Below are positions 19,520 through 30,756 of a DNA stretch of 64,000 nt, in pieces. Source of the stretch: Dehalococcoidia bacterium (GTDB taxonomy: Bacteria; Chloroflexota; Dehalococcoidia; UBA2979); NCBI GenBank assembly GCA_963667465.2, contig CAXXDN010000001.1, positions 96,001-160,000 of the forward strand. The letters run 5' to 3'. The notes beneath the pieces are model-generated. The model did no database searches. It was given only the letters and a program-made list of their open reading frames with translations, and was not told the DNA's origin. The stretch's first letter is position 1; each line of letters begins with the position of its first letter. The translations under genes were made by a program, and so were the position numbers.

Positions 19520-22453
19520 CTATACCGCCCGCCCCAGATTCAGCGCCAACAGCCGCCCCAGCAGCTCCTCCTCCGGCAGCCCGTCCGGCGCGGCGGACTC
19601 CGGCCAGCCGTAGGCGGCGAACACGGCGCTGTCGAGGGCGGCGTGGCGGTGGGAGAGCCAGGCCGGGCGGGCGTTGTAGAGGTTGGTGAGCGTGCGTTTG
19701 CGAAGCTCGCGCTCGGCGTCCTCGTCGACGGGGAGCAGGCGCGGGGGCAGCGAGGGCAGCACGTCCGGCTCCTCGCGCACCAAGTCCGGCGGGTTGAGCC
19801 AGTGCCGCCGCGCCTCGTCCAGCGCCCGCGCCGCCGCGCCGATAGCGTCACGCTGCCCTCGCTGCTGTGCCGTCAGCGCCTCGTCCGGCGTGTCGAGCGG
19901 CCAGGGGAAGGGAAACGTCTCGAACGTCGAGGTCGGCGTGTAGCGCGGGTCGTTCCCGACGCCGAGCCACGTCCCCATCCGCAGCGACCACAGCTCGTGC
20001 GCCCGCGAGTGCAGCACACCGAACGTGTAGTCGTCCTCCCGCGCGATCGCGATCACCAGGCTGTCCGGCAGCGCGGGAGCCGAGAGCCATGAGTAAATGC
20101 GGTACTTCGCGGTTTGCGTCGTGGCTATGAATCGCGTTAGCCCGGCAAGCGCGGCGCGCATCTCCGGACGCCCTCTCTCATGCCGCCACCAAGACTCGCG
20201 GGTCCGCCTGTTTCGGTTGCCCGCACGGACCGGGCGGACATGTTCCTCCGAGTGCGCAAACGGCCACTCGTAGGCGGCCGCCTCCTGCTCGCCTCGGTCC
20301 AAACCAAAGTCGATGATGAACCGGTCACGCGGACGGCGCACGATGTCCATACCGCTCACCATCGGGACCACCACATCCGAGTTTGGTCGGCCGTTGATGT
20401 TCGTTGGGGCGGCGAGCATCTCGCGAGCAAGGTCACCCGCGAGGTCGAAGGCGCCCCCCTTCTTCACCCCCTGGAACGAGACGCCGCCATTCTCGCGAAG
20501 GCGCTGCGCGGAGGTGAGATCGAGCCCTGCCGTCAAGTCACTGTTGATGGCCGAAACGGGCTCGCCATCAAGCAACCGGTCAATCTCCGATCCGTCATCC
20601 TGACCAATGATGGAGACGCGGACGGCAGCGCCCTCCACCGTCCATGGCTCATCGGACCACGCCATGAAGATGTCGCCGCTCTCCTTGATGCGGTCGATCG
20701 TGCGCCTTCCAACCCCGTCGCGGATCGAATTCGTTGCAAGCAGCCCCGCTCGCATCGCCGAACCGGAGACGACCTGCTGCCGAGCCGTTTCGTGCCAGTA
20801 GGCGCAAAGATCGGCTGCGTTTGCGACGTCCCCTCCCCATGCCGCGAACAGCGCATCGACGTACTCGTCACCGAGCGCCGCACGCAGGCGCATCCCCATC
20901 CCCAGGAACGGTGGGTTGCCGACGATGAACTCCGCCTCCGGCCAGGTGGCGGGGACCGGGGCGCCCTCGGCGTCGCGGGCGAGGATGGCGTCGCGCAGCT
21001 CGATGTTGTCGAGCGGTTGCAGTACGGGGTCGCGCGGGAAGCCGTAGCCGTGGTCCAGCATCCACTGGATGTGCCCGATCCAGATCGAGACGCCCGCCAG
21101 CTCCTTCGCGTAGGGGTTGATCTCGATGCCCAGCACGTTGTGCGGGTCCAGCCGCGGGAACTCGCCGGTCACGCGCAGCCGCTCCGCGCCCCAGCGGATC
21201 GCCTCCTGCTCCAGGTCCTTGAGCAGCCGCAGCGTGACGTAGAGGAAGTTGCCGCTGCCGCAGGCCGGGTCCAGCACGCGCACGGTGCGCAGCCGTTCGA
21301 GGAAGGCGCGCCATTCGGCCTCCGCGCTGCGCTCCCACGGCCGCAACCGCACCCGGCGGTGGCCTGCCTGTGTGAACAAACGCGGCTCGCGGCCGGCCAG
21401 CAGCTCGTCGACGCGCGCCTGCATCGCCTCGAACTCGCGGCGCAGCGGGGTCAGCACCACCGGCTCGACGACGAGCAGGATCTTCTCGCGGTCGGTGTAG
21501 TGCGCGCCGAGCTGGCCGCGCTTGGCCGGGTCCAGCCCGCGCTCGAAGAGCGTGCCGAGGATCGCCGGCTCCACCTGCGACCAGTCGAGGTCCGCGGCCT
21601 CGCCGACGGCGCGCAGCTCGTCGCGCGTGAAGGCGAGCGCCGCCGCGTCGTCGAACAGCCCACCGTCGAACCACTCGATGCGCTGCGTGCCGAAGAAGCG
21701 CCCGGCCTCGGGGTCGGCCATCAGCCGGAACAGCTCGGAGATGCCGGCCGTGAACGCCTCCGGGTCGTTGGCGCGCGAGCGCACCAGGTCCGTCATCAGG
21801 CGCGCGGGCAGCAGGCCGACGTCCTCGGCAAAGAGGCAGAACAGCACGCGGTTGAGGAAGTGCGCGACGGCCTCCGGCTCGTGCCCGCGCTCCTGCATCG
21901 AGCGCGCGATGTCGGCGAAGCGGGCGGCGGCGAGCTGCGTCACCTCGTCCGGGGTCTGGCGCGGCCGCAGCGCCTCCGGCTCGCTCATCACGGCGCGCAG
22001 CACGCGCAGCGCCTCGGCCGTGCGCTCGCCACCCTCCGCGAGGTCGTCGAGGGTGACGGTCTCGACGACGGGGCGGGTGCCGGTGAAGTTGGTGTGGACC
22101 TCGATCAGGTCCATATCGCTGACGACGAGCAGGGGCGGGTTCGCGAGCGCCTCGCGGTAGTCGAGCAGCTGGCGGTAGGCGGCGCCGAGGTTGGCGTGCG
22201 CGCCCTTGTACTCCCAGCCGAAGACGCCGCGCTTCCAGACATCGGCGGCGCCGGCGCCGCCGGTGCTGGTGCGCGCGGCGCCGGCCTCGAAGCTGTACTC
22301 GGGGCTGGCCGGCGGGTCGTTAGGCGTCGCTACCCCGAGCATCTGGCAGAGGTCGATGAAGTGCTCCTGCGAGGCGGCACGCTCGCGCCGGGGATTGCCC
22401 CGCCACTTCGCGGCGAAGCCGGCGGCGGAGAGCGTGGGGCGGTCTGCGGTCAT
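19520..22453 (-). CDS. MmeI/YeeA-like type IIL/IIG restriction-modification enzyme (nuclease + N6-adenine MTase + TRD)
   Basis: ERAASQEHFIDLC...ADVWKRGVFGWEYK nuclease, LGAHYT, DPACGSGNF, GNPPF, RYTPTSTFETFPFP. Confidence 0.92.
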   Translation of the reverse strand: MTADRPTLSAAGFAAKWRGNPRRERAASQEHFIDLCQMLGVATPNDPPASPEYSFEAGAARTSTGGAGAADVWKRGVFGWEYKGAHANLGAAYRQLLDYREALANPPLLVVSDMDLIEVHTNFTGTRPVVETVTLDDLAEGGERTAEALRVLRAVMSEPEALRPRQTPDEVTQLAAARFADIARSMQERGHEPEAVAHFLNRVLFCLFAEDVGLLPARLMTDLVRSRANDPEAFTAGISELFRLMADPEAGRFFGTQRIEWFDGGLFDDAAALAFTRDELRAVGEAADLDWSQVEPAILGTLFERGLDPAKRGQLGAHYTDREKILLVVEPVVLTPLRREFEAMQARVDELLAGREPRLFTQAGHRRVRLRPWERSAEAEWRAFLERLRTVRVLDPACGSGNFLYVTLRLLKDLEQEAIRWGAERLRVTGEFPRLDPHNVLGIEINPYAKELAGVSIWIGHIQWMLDHGYGFPRDPVLQPLDNIELRDAILARDAEGAPVPATWPEAEFIVGNPPFLGMGMRLRAALGDEYVDALFAAWGGDVANAADLCAYWHETARQQVVSGSAMRAGLLATNSIRDGVGRRTIDRIKESGDIFMAWSDEPWTVEGAAVRVSIIGQDDGSEIDRLLDGEPVSAINSDLTAGLDLTSAQRLRENGGVSFQGVKKGGAFDLAGDLAREMLAAPTNINGRPNSDVVVPMVSGMDIVRRPRDRFIIDFGLDRGEQEAAAYEWPFAHSEEHVRPVRAGNRNRRTRESWWRHERGRPEMRAALAGLTRFIATTQTAKYRIYSWLSAPALPDSLVIAIAREDDYTFGVLHSRAHELWSLRMGTWLGVGNDPRYTPTSTFETFPFPWPLDTPDEALTAQQRGQRDAIGAAARALDEARRHWLNPPDLVREEPDVLPSLPPRLLPVDEDAERELRKRTLTNLYNARPAWLSHRHAALDSAVFAAYGWPESAAPDGLPEEELLGRLLALNLGRAV

Positions 22454-22595
22454 GCGCGGTCCTCGCTGCGCCTCGTGGGCGGAGGCCATGCTACCATTCG
22501 CACATGGGTTCTGAAACCGAAGCCACCGACTCGAGGGACTCCCAATGACAACACGAAGCTCACCGACCGGCTCTCCAAACGGAGCAGGCGACACG

Positions 22596-23264
22596 ATGTC
22601 AGGCGCGCAGATCGTCGCGCTGCACGGCTCCGCCCTCCAGTCCGGCGCACTGCTAGAGCAGGGTTTGAGGCGCCTCGAGGAGAACTACCGCGGGGAGCCG
22701 GAGGTGTTGTACGGCATCCTCTGGAACCTCTCGCAGGGGCTCGAAATCCTGCTGAAGCTGACGCTGTATCTCGCGCGGGAACAAGTCGGCCCCACGCACG
22801 ACATTCCCATGCTGCTGGATAGACTGCTGCAAACAGTACCAGCAGAGGCCATGCCAACCGGCCGTCACGCCTTCCTTGGGCGCGACAAGCTGTTCAGGGA
22901 GCTGATCGAGATACTTGGCAAGTTCGGCGGGTCCGGGAAGTACAGCCCGCTTGACGCGGCCCTGGGCAAGAACAAGGGCAACGGGGACGAGGAGTCGCCC
23001 ACCGAAATGTGGGATGAGATGGCGCTGGATCTCCTGGACGACGACTGGTACAAGCTGGCGGAGTCCGACCCAGCGGGCTTCTATGAACTGTACTACCCGC
23101 ACCTCTACAGGGTCGTCGCCACTTCGCTCGCCGTGGGTGTCCATTCGCTCTGGTGGCTCTGGGTGCGTGGCCCTACGGCCGAGCGCGGCCGGCAGTGGCA
23201 CGGTTCGGTAACGGGCGAGGCATGGCGCCGCGTCAACGATCTCGCGATGCGATCCGGGTCGTAG
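22596..23264 (+). CDS. Hypothetical protein, HEPN-like
   Basis: QGLEILLKL...THDIPMLL resembles the HEPN E-x2-LK / H-D-hydrophobic pattern; lower GC; GGAG RBS. Confidence 0.55.
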   Translation: MSGAQIVALHGSALQSGALLEQGLRRLEENYRGEPEVLYGILWNLSQGLEILLKLTLYLAREQVGPTHDIPMLLDRLLQTVPAEAMPTGRHAFLGRDKLFRELIEILGKFGGSGKYSPLDAALGKNKGNGDEESPTEMWDEMALDLLDDDWYKLAESDPAGFYELYYPHLYRVVATSLAVGVHSLWWLWVRGPTAERGRQWHGSVTGEAWRRVNDLAMRSGS

Positions 23265-23327
23265 CACTCGCCGTACGATTGGTGCGGCGCGTTGCCTCGG
23301 CCCGCGCGGGGCGCGCAGGATCGCGGC

Positions 23328-23588
23328 ATGGCGATCACGTTCGACACCCTCAAGGCATCGCAGCAACTGCGGGACACCGGCGTTCCGGAGGATCAGGCTC
23401 AGGCGATCGTCGCGCCCATCTCTGATAGCGTCCCCGACGACATCGTTACCAACGCCGTCATGATGACCGAACTCCGGGCTCTCGAGCAGCGGCTGACCAT
23501 CCGCCTGCTCGCGACGGTCGGCGGCGGCGTCGGCATCGTCCTCGCCGGCATGGGCGTCGCCACCGCGGCCATTCTGACAACCGGCTAG
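23328..23588 (+). CDS. DUF1640/CCDC90-like small membrane-anchored protein
   Basis: FDTLKASQQLRDTGVPEDQAQAIV...ELRALEQRL plus C-terminal TM helix. Confidence 0.7.
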   Translation: MAITFDTLKASQQLRDTGVPEDQAQAIVAPISDSVPDDIVTNAVMMTELRALEQRLTIRLLATVGGGVGIVLAGMGVATAAILTTG

Positions 23589-23622
23589 CCGCGTCCCGCA
23601 CGCGGCGCGTAGGATCGAAGCC

Positions 23623-23844
23623 ATGGCGATCAGGCTCGACACCCTCAAGAACGCGGAAGACCTGCGCGCGGCCGGGTTCCCCGAGGATCAGGCCGCGGCC
23701 ATCGTCACGACCATCGCCGAGGGCGCGCCCGATACCCTCGAGGCCTGGAAGCGACTGCGCGCGGCCGGGTTCCCCGAGGATCAGGCCGAGGCCATCGTCC
23801 GCATCATCGCTGAGAGCGCGCGGCCCGCGTCGCAGCGTACGTAA
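23623..23844 (+). CDS. DUF1640-like paralog with duplicated head motif, no TM
   Basis: LDTLK...LRAAGFPEDQA.AIV present twice. Confidence 0.65.
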   Translation: MAIRLDTLKNAEDLRAAGFPEDQAAAIVTTIAEGAPDTLEAWKRLRAAGFPEDQAEAIVRIIAESARPASQRT

Positions 23845-23891
23845 GGGACGCAGCCAACTCCCCCGACCCCCGATCTGCTAACCTCGATCCG

Positions 23892-24587
23892 ATGACTGCG
23901 CGGCCTATCGGCACGCGTGGCCGCGCCGGCGGCACGCGCGAGGCGATCCTCGACATCCTGCGGCGGCACGACGAGCGTTCCGTCGATGATCTTGCGGGGG
24001 AACTCGGACTCGCCGGGGCGACCGTGCGCCGCCATCTCGATGTGCTGCTGCGCGACGGCTACGTCGCCGCCAGCCAGATCCGGGGGCGCACCGGACGACC
24101 TCGCTACGCCTTCTCGCTCACCGAGGCCGGCGCGGAGCTGTTCGGCCGCCACTACGTACGCATCACCCGCCGCCTGCTGCACGAGATCTCCGAGCTCACC
24201 GCCGAGGAGACGGCCGGACGCGGCGGCGAGGAGATCTCCGACCTCGTCTTCGCGAAGCTCAGCAACCGGCTCGCCGCCGAGTACGCGCCGCGCGTCGGCG
24301 GTCGCGATGTCGAGGAGCGCGCGCGCGCCGTCGCCGTCCTGCTCGAGGACGAGGGCTTCGAGGTCGAGGTCGAGGCGGCGGACGACGCGGGAGGCGATCT
24401 GCGCCTGCTCGCTCGCGGCTGCCCGAGCAGGCGGCTGCGCGGCGAGTTCGGCGCGGAGGATACGCCGGTCGCCTGCGAGCGCGACCGCGAGCTGCTGGCC
24501 GCGCTGATCGGCGCGCCCGTCGAGGCCGGGCACGCCCTCGAGCCGGCGGGCGAGGCCGTCTGCGCCTTCCTCGTGCGCGGCGGCTAG
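23892..24587 (+). CDS. ArsR-type HTH regulator, SufR-like
   Basis: TREAILDIL...TVRRHLDVL...GRPRYAFSLT; C-terminal CP...C...C; adjacent to erpA. Confidence 0.8.
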   Translation: MTARPIGTRGRAGGTREAILDILRRHDERSVDDLAGELGLAGATVRRHLDVLLRDGYVAASQIRGRTGRPRYAFSLTEAGAELFGRHYVRITRRLLHEISELTAEETAGRGGEEISDLVFAKLSNRLAAEYAPRVGGRDVEERARAVAVLLEDEGFEVEVEAADDAGGDLRLLARGCPSRRLRGEFGAEDTPVACERDRELLAALIGAPVEAGHALEPAGEAVCAFLVRGG

Positions 24588-24632
24588 GGGCGGCGCGCGC
24601 GGCGGCTGCACTGGCCGCGCTGTCGCGCGGCG

Positions 24633-24906
24633 CCCCCTCACCTCCGCCCTCTCCCGCGAGGGGAGAGGGAGCCGGACTGCCTTCCGATCCCCTCCTGCGG
24701 CAGGCGTCGGACCCCCCTCACCCCCGCCCTCTCCCGCAAGGGGAGAGGGAGCCGGACTGCCTTCCGATCCCCTCCTGCGGCAGGCGTCGGACCCCCCTCA
24801 CCCCCGCCCTCTCCCGCAAGGGGAGAGGGAGCCGGACTGCCTTCCGATCCCCTCTCCCCCGGCGGGAGAGGGTTAGGGTGAGGGGGACTCCGGCGCAGCC
24901 GGAGCG
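24633..24906. repeat. 80-bp tandem repeat (~2.8 copies) built on the BoxC-like palindrome, followed by an inverted copy
   Basis: CCCCCTCA ends at 24640, 24720 and 24800 with near-identical units; GGGAGAGGGTTAGGGTGAGGGGG at 24864-24886. Confidence 0.92.
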
Positions 24907-25071
24907 CGCGAGCCTCGCTGGACTGTTGCCCCGCCGCAGGCGTCGGCCTGATGGGGGCGTGGGGCGCAGCCTGGCGGGCGCAACCGGACCGCCTCGATGC
25001 GCTCTCCTCCGCCGGGGAGAGCACGCGCTGAAGGGTGCTATCATGGCTCTCAGGAAGATCCGGGGGATGTG

Positions 25072-25467
25072 ATGACCACCACGTTCGAACCGATCAGCAG
25101 CCTCGTGACCATCACGGACCGCGCCGCCGAGAAGGCGCGCGCCCTGCTCGTGGAGAAGGAGCTGCCGGACGCCGCGCTGCGCGTCTTCGTCGTCGGCGGC
25201 GGCTGCTCCGGCTGGCAGTACGGCATGGCCCTCGCCAAGGAGGTCGAGCCGGACGACACCGAGATCCACGCCGCCGAGGGCGTGCGCATCGTCGTCGACG
25301 AGGAGTCGGTCCCGATGCTGCACGGCGCCGAGGTCGACTACGTCGAGGACCTGATGAAGTCCGGCTTCACGATCTACAACCCGAACGCCACGGCGGCCTG
25401 CGCCTGCGGCTCGTCCTTCCAGGCCGGGTCCGGCCAGCCGCAGGGCACGCCTCGCGCCTGCAGCTAG
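25072..25467 (+). CDS. erpA: Iron-sulfur cluster insertion protein ErpA/IscA (HesB)
   Basis: GGGCSGWQY, NPNATAACACGSSF. Confidence 0.93.
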   Translation: MTTTFEPISSLVTITDRAAEKARALLVEKELPDAALRVFVVGGGCSGWQYGMALAKEVEPDDTEIHAAEGVRIVVDEESVPMLHGAEVDYVEDLMKSGFTIYNPNATAACACGSSFQAGSGQPQGTPRACS

Positions 25468-25475
25468 GCGCGGGA

Positions 25476-25514
25476 CCCCCTCACCCCCGCCCGCTCCCGC
25501 CAGGGGAGAGGGGA
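25476..25514. repeat. BoxC-like palindromic repeat copy
   Basis: CCCCCTCACCCCCGCCCGCTCCCGCCAGGGGAGAGGGG. Confidence 0.75.
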
Positions 25515-25577
25515 CGCGGAACCTGAAGCCGTCCGGGCGCATCCAGCCGCCCGGCGCAACCAGCAAAGGAGCACCAG

Positions 25578-26033
25578 ATGCAGGCCTGGATCGCCGTCGG
25601 CTCGGCCGAGAACTTCGAGCTCATGCGCGAGCGCGGGTTCGACCTCGCCGCCTTCAAGTCCTCGCGCCGCAAGCAGTCTTCCGACATGCAGCCAGGCGAC
25701 CGGCTCGTCTTCTACCTCACGAAGGTCGTGCAGTTCGGCGGGATCGCCGAGATCACCTCGGAGGCCTTCGAGGACGAGACGGACATCGGGCTGCGCTCGG
25801 ATTCGAAGGGCGAGAGCGAGCGCTATCCGTACCGCGTGCAGACGAAGCCGCTGGTGATCCCGGAGCCGGGCGACTACGTGGACGTGCGCGAGATCACGGA
25901 CCTGCTCGACAAGACGCGCAACTTCGGCCCGAAGAAGCTCGGCATGGCCTTCCGCGGCAACCTGCACAAGATCTCCGAGGCCGACTACCAGCAGATCGAG
26001 AGCTTGCTGGCGGAGCGGGCGGCCGTCAGCTAG
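25578..26033 (+). CDS. EVE (PUA-like) domain protein
   Basis: WIAVGSAENF, MQPGDRLVFY, YPYRV, ISEADY; AAGGAG RBS. Confidence 0.85.
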   Translation: MQAWIAVGSAENFELMRERGFDLAAFKSSRRKQSSDMQPGDRLVFYLTKVVQFGGIAEITSEAFEDETDIGLRSDSKGESERYPYRVQTKPLVIPEPGDYVDVREITDLLDKTRNFGPKKLGMAFRGNLHKISEADYQQIESLLAERAAVS

Positions 26034-26107
26034 GCCGGCGCCCGGCGACCTCGGGCGGGCGCGGCGGCTGAGCGGACCGCGAGCAGGACGCCCGGACAGG
26101 ACACCCC

Positions 26108-28009
26108 GTGGCCCATCCCTTCATCGAGGCGATTCGTGAGCGCGTGCTGCTCGCCGACGGGGCGACCGGCACGGTGCTGCGCGAGCGCGGCTGGCGCGGC
26201 CACAGCCCGCTCGCCGTCCTCGAGGACCCGGACCGCGTGCGCGCGCTGCACGAGGAGTACCTGCGCGCCGGCGCCGACCTGATCCTGACCGACACCTTCG
26301 AGTCGACGCGCATCCAGCTCGCGCGCCACGGCTACGGCGAGCGCGTGCGCGACGTGAACTTCCAGGCCGCCCGGATCGCCCGCGACGCTCGCGAGATCAT
26401 CGGCACGCCCGCCTTCATCGGCGGCTCCGTCAGCCCCTTCGGGCGCGACCTCGCCGTCGGCAGCGTCACGCCGGAGGCGGCGGGCGAGGCCGTGCGCGAG
26501 CAGGTCGGCGCGCTCGTCGAGGGCGGCGTCGACGTGATCGTGCTGGAGACGTACCCCTCGCTCGAGGAGGTGCGGATCGCCATCGAGGCGGTGCGCGCCG
26601 TCACGGACCTGCCGGTGATCGCCGCGCTCGACTTCGTCGCGGCGCTGACGACGCCGGCCGGCGAGTCTCCGCGCGAGGTGGCGGCGCTGCTCGCGGCCGG
26701 GGGCGGCGCGGACGTGGTCGGCGTCAACTGCGGCGTCGGCCCGCGCGCGACGCTCGACATCCTGCAGGAGCTGGCGGCCGCGGGCATCGAGGCGCCGCTG
26801 TTCGTGAAGCCCAACGCGGGCCTCCCGCGCATCACCGCGGGGCAGCCGCTCTACCCCTCGTCGCCGGAGTACTTCGCCAACTTCGCGCTGCGCGCCAAGG
26901 ACCTCAGCGCCGCCGTCGTCGGCGGCTGCTGCGGCGCCACGCCCGAGCACATCCGCGCGATGCGCGAGGCGCTCGACGGCGCGAGCGCCGGCGGCGGGGG
27001 CGGCGCTTCCGAGGGCGGCGGCGCACCGCTTGCAGTCACCGACACGCGCGGCGGCGGCCTCGGCACGGGGCTGCCCGCCGCCGACGAGCCCGCCGAGGGC
27101 GCGGACGCGGAGCCCGCCGGCGAGACGGCGCGGCTGCGCGACAAGCTCGCCGCCGGCGCCTACGTCGTCTCGGTCGAGATCGATCCGCCGCGTGGCATCA
27201 ACCCGCGCAAGGCCGTCGAGGGCGCGCGGCTGCTGCGCGAGGCGGGCGCCGACGCGATCAACATCGGCGACTCGCCGATGGCGCGCGTGCGGATGAGCGC
27301 GCTCGCGCTCGCGCTCGAGATCCAGCGCGAGGCGGGGATCGAGACGATCATCCACCAGACCACGCGCGACCGGAACCTGATGGCGCTACAGGCCGACCTG
27401 CTCGGCGCGCACGCCCTCGGCGTGCGCAACGTGATCGCGCTCACCGGCGACCCGCCGCCCGAGGCCTCGCAGTCCTCGGCGGTCTGGGACGTGGACGCGA
27501 TCGGCTTCATCCGCATCCTCAAGCGGCTCAACGAGGGCGTCGACGTCGCCGGCAACTCGCTCGGCCGTCCGACCGACTTCCTGGTCGCCAGCGCGGCGAA
27601 CCCGACGGCGGGCGACATCCCCGTCGAGGTGGGCCGCGTGCGCGCGAAGCTGGACGCCGGCGCCGACCTGCTGATGACGCAGCCCGTCTACGACCTCGCG
27701 ACGCTCGAGGAGTTCTTCGAGCGCCTCGGTACGGTCGAGGCGCCGGTGCTGCTCGGCATCCTGCCGCTGATGTCCACGCGCCACACGGAGTTCATCCACA
27801 ACGAGCTCGCGGGCGTGATCATCCCGGACGCGATCCGCGAGCGGATGCGCGCGGCGGGCGAGGCCGGCGCCGACGCTGGCCTGGAGATCGCGACCGAGCA
27901 GATCGAGGAGGCGCGCGCCCTCGGCTGGGTTTCCGGCGTCTACATCATGCCCTCGTTCGGCCGCTACGAGGTGGCCGCCGCGCTGGTGCGGCAGATCCGG
28001 GCGGGCTGA
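26108..28009 (+). CDS. yitJ: Bifunctional homocysteine S-methyltransferase / methylenetetrahydrofolate reductase
   Basis: DGATGT, GVNC, PNAG, GGCCG; then VEIDPPRG, DSPMARVRMS, RDRNLMALQ, TQPVYD. Confidence 0.93.
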   Translation: MAHPFIEAIRERVLLADGATGTVLRERGWRGHSPLAVLEDPDRVRALHEEYLRAGADLILTDTFESTRIQLARHGYGERVRDVNFQAARIARDAREIIGTPAFIGGSVSPFGRDLAVGSVTPEAAGEAVREQVGALVEGGVDVIVLETYPSLEEVRIAIEAVRAVTDLPVIAALDFVAALTTPAGESPREVAALLAAGGGADVVGVNCGVGPRATLDILQELAAAGIEAPLFVKPNAGLPRITAGQPLYPSSPEYFANFALRAKDLSAAVVGGCCGATPEHIRAMREALDGASAGGGGGASEGGGAPLAVTDTRGGGLGTGLPAADEPAEGADAEPAGETARLRDKLAAGAYVVSVEIDPPRGINPRKAVEGARLLREAGADAINIGDSPMARVRMSALALALEIQREAGIETIIHQTTRDRNLMALQADLLGAHALGVRNVIALTGDPPPEASQSSAVWDVDAIGFIRILKRLNEGVDVAGNSLGRPTDFLVASAANPTAGDIPVEVGRVRAKLDAGADLLMTQPVYDLATLEEFFERLGTVEAPVLLGILPLMSTRHTEFIHNELAGVIIPDAIRERMRAAGEAGADAGLEIATEQIEEARALGWVSGVYIMPSFGRYEVAAALVRQIRAG

Positions 28010-28035
28010 GTCGCCGGAGTGGCCTCGGAACGCCC

Positions 28036-28196
28036 GTGCCGATCACGACCGTTGGTCACGGCAGCCTCGCGCTCGACCTGCTGATCGGGAACCTGCGGAG
28101 CACGGACGTCGGGCGGCTCGTCGACGTGCGCTCGGAGCCCTACAGCCGCTGGCGCCCGGAGTTTAACCGCAAGAGCTGGGACCGGATCCTCTGTGA
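28036..28196 (+). pseudogene. Truncated DUF488-family gene remnant
   Basis: TVGHG...LVDVRSEPYSRWRPEFNR matches the DUF488 N-terminus; similarity ends after ~50 codons where glcF converges. Confidence 0.65.
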
Positions 28197-28203
28197 GCGG
28201 CGG

Positions 28204-29513
<1,310 letters not shown>

Positions 29514-29517
<4 letters not shown>

Positions 29518-30746
29518 GATTCCGCCTCCCAGCGTCCGCGGTTGATAGTACGCCCCGGATCGAACTGCCGCCGCAACGCGCGCACCAGCGTGCGCTCGGC
29601 CTGGCCGAATGGATCGACCTGCGCGCGCAGCTCGGGCGGGCCCGCCTCGATCTGCAGGAAGCCGCCCCGCTGCTCGGCGCGGGCGCGCAGCGCGAGCACG
29701 TCCGAGGCCTCGCTTGCCGCGCCCGCCGCGATCACGCTGCCCGCCGTGAGGTGCCCCCAGGCCACGAGGCCTCCCGTGCCCCCGGAAGTGCCCGTGCCGT
29801 CGATCTCCTCGATCGCGTCCAGCGTCGCGGCAAGCTCGCCCGCCGGGACGCCGAGGCGCAGCACGACGCCCTGGCCGGCCCCGGCGAGGGCGCGCAGGCG
29901 GTCCCACGAGCCTGCGGGCGGCTCGATCGCCGCGCCCGCGGCCGTCTCGACGATCGCCGCCGCGCAGCGGTCGAGCGTCTGCTCGTCTCCCATCACCTCG
30001 ATCAGCACGTGCGCGCCCTCGTCGAGGCCGGCGACGGCCGCCGCCTGCGGCGAAAGCACGGAGAGCGCGCGCAGCGGCAGCGCCAGCTCGCGCAGCTCAA
30101 GCGCGAGCGCCGAGGCGTCCTCGATGCGCTCGCGCGGCACAGCCAGTGAACGCGTGCCGGGGGGCAGCGTGGCAAGCTTGAACGAGGCCTCGACGATCAC
30201 GCCGAAGACGCCGAGCGCGCCGGTGTGCAGGCGGTGCAGATCGTAGCCACTGACGTTCTTGACCACGCGCCCGCCCGTGGTCACGAGCTCGCCCGAGGGC
30301 GTCGCGACCGTCGCGCCGAGCAGCAGGTCGCGCGCGGCGGGCAACTGCCCGCGCCAGGCGCCCGGCCGCGCCGTCGCCAGCAGCCCGCCGATCGAGACGC
30401 GGCCGTCCGGCGGCGGGTCGATCGGGAGGTACTGCCCGTACTCGGCGAGCATCGACTGCAACGCGCGCAGGCTCATCCCCGCCCCGACGGTCACCGTCAG
30501 GTCGTCCGGCTCGTAGGCGACGGTGCTAGCGAGGCCGGTGAGGTCCAGTGCCACGTCGTAGCGCTCGAGCGGGCGGCCGAGCGAGAGCGCGGTGCGGCCA
30601 CCCTGCGGCGCGACCACCTGCCCCGCCGCGGCGGCCGAGGCGAGCAGCTCCGCGACCTCCTCGGCGCTGCCGGGCCGCCAGGCCCGCTCGGGCGTGACGC
30701 CGTCGATCGGGTACGCCGCCGGGTCCGGCGCTGCCTCGTTGCTCAT
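29514..30746 (-). CDS. glcE: Glycolate oxidase FAD subunit
   Basis: YEPDDLTVTVGAG, GGRVVKNVSGYDL, FDP. Confidence 0.88.
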
Positions 30747-30756
30747 GCCGCGCGGC

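Noticed and set aside
24633-24906. Possible CRISPR array
   Set aside because: The 80-bp units are near-identical throughout (no unique spacers) and no cas genes are present; it is a tandem repeat.
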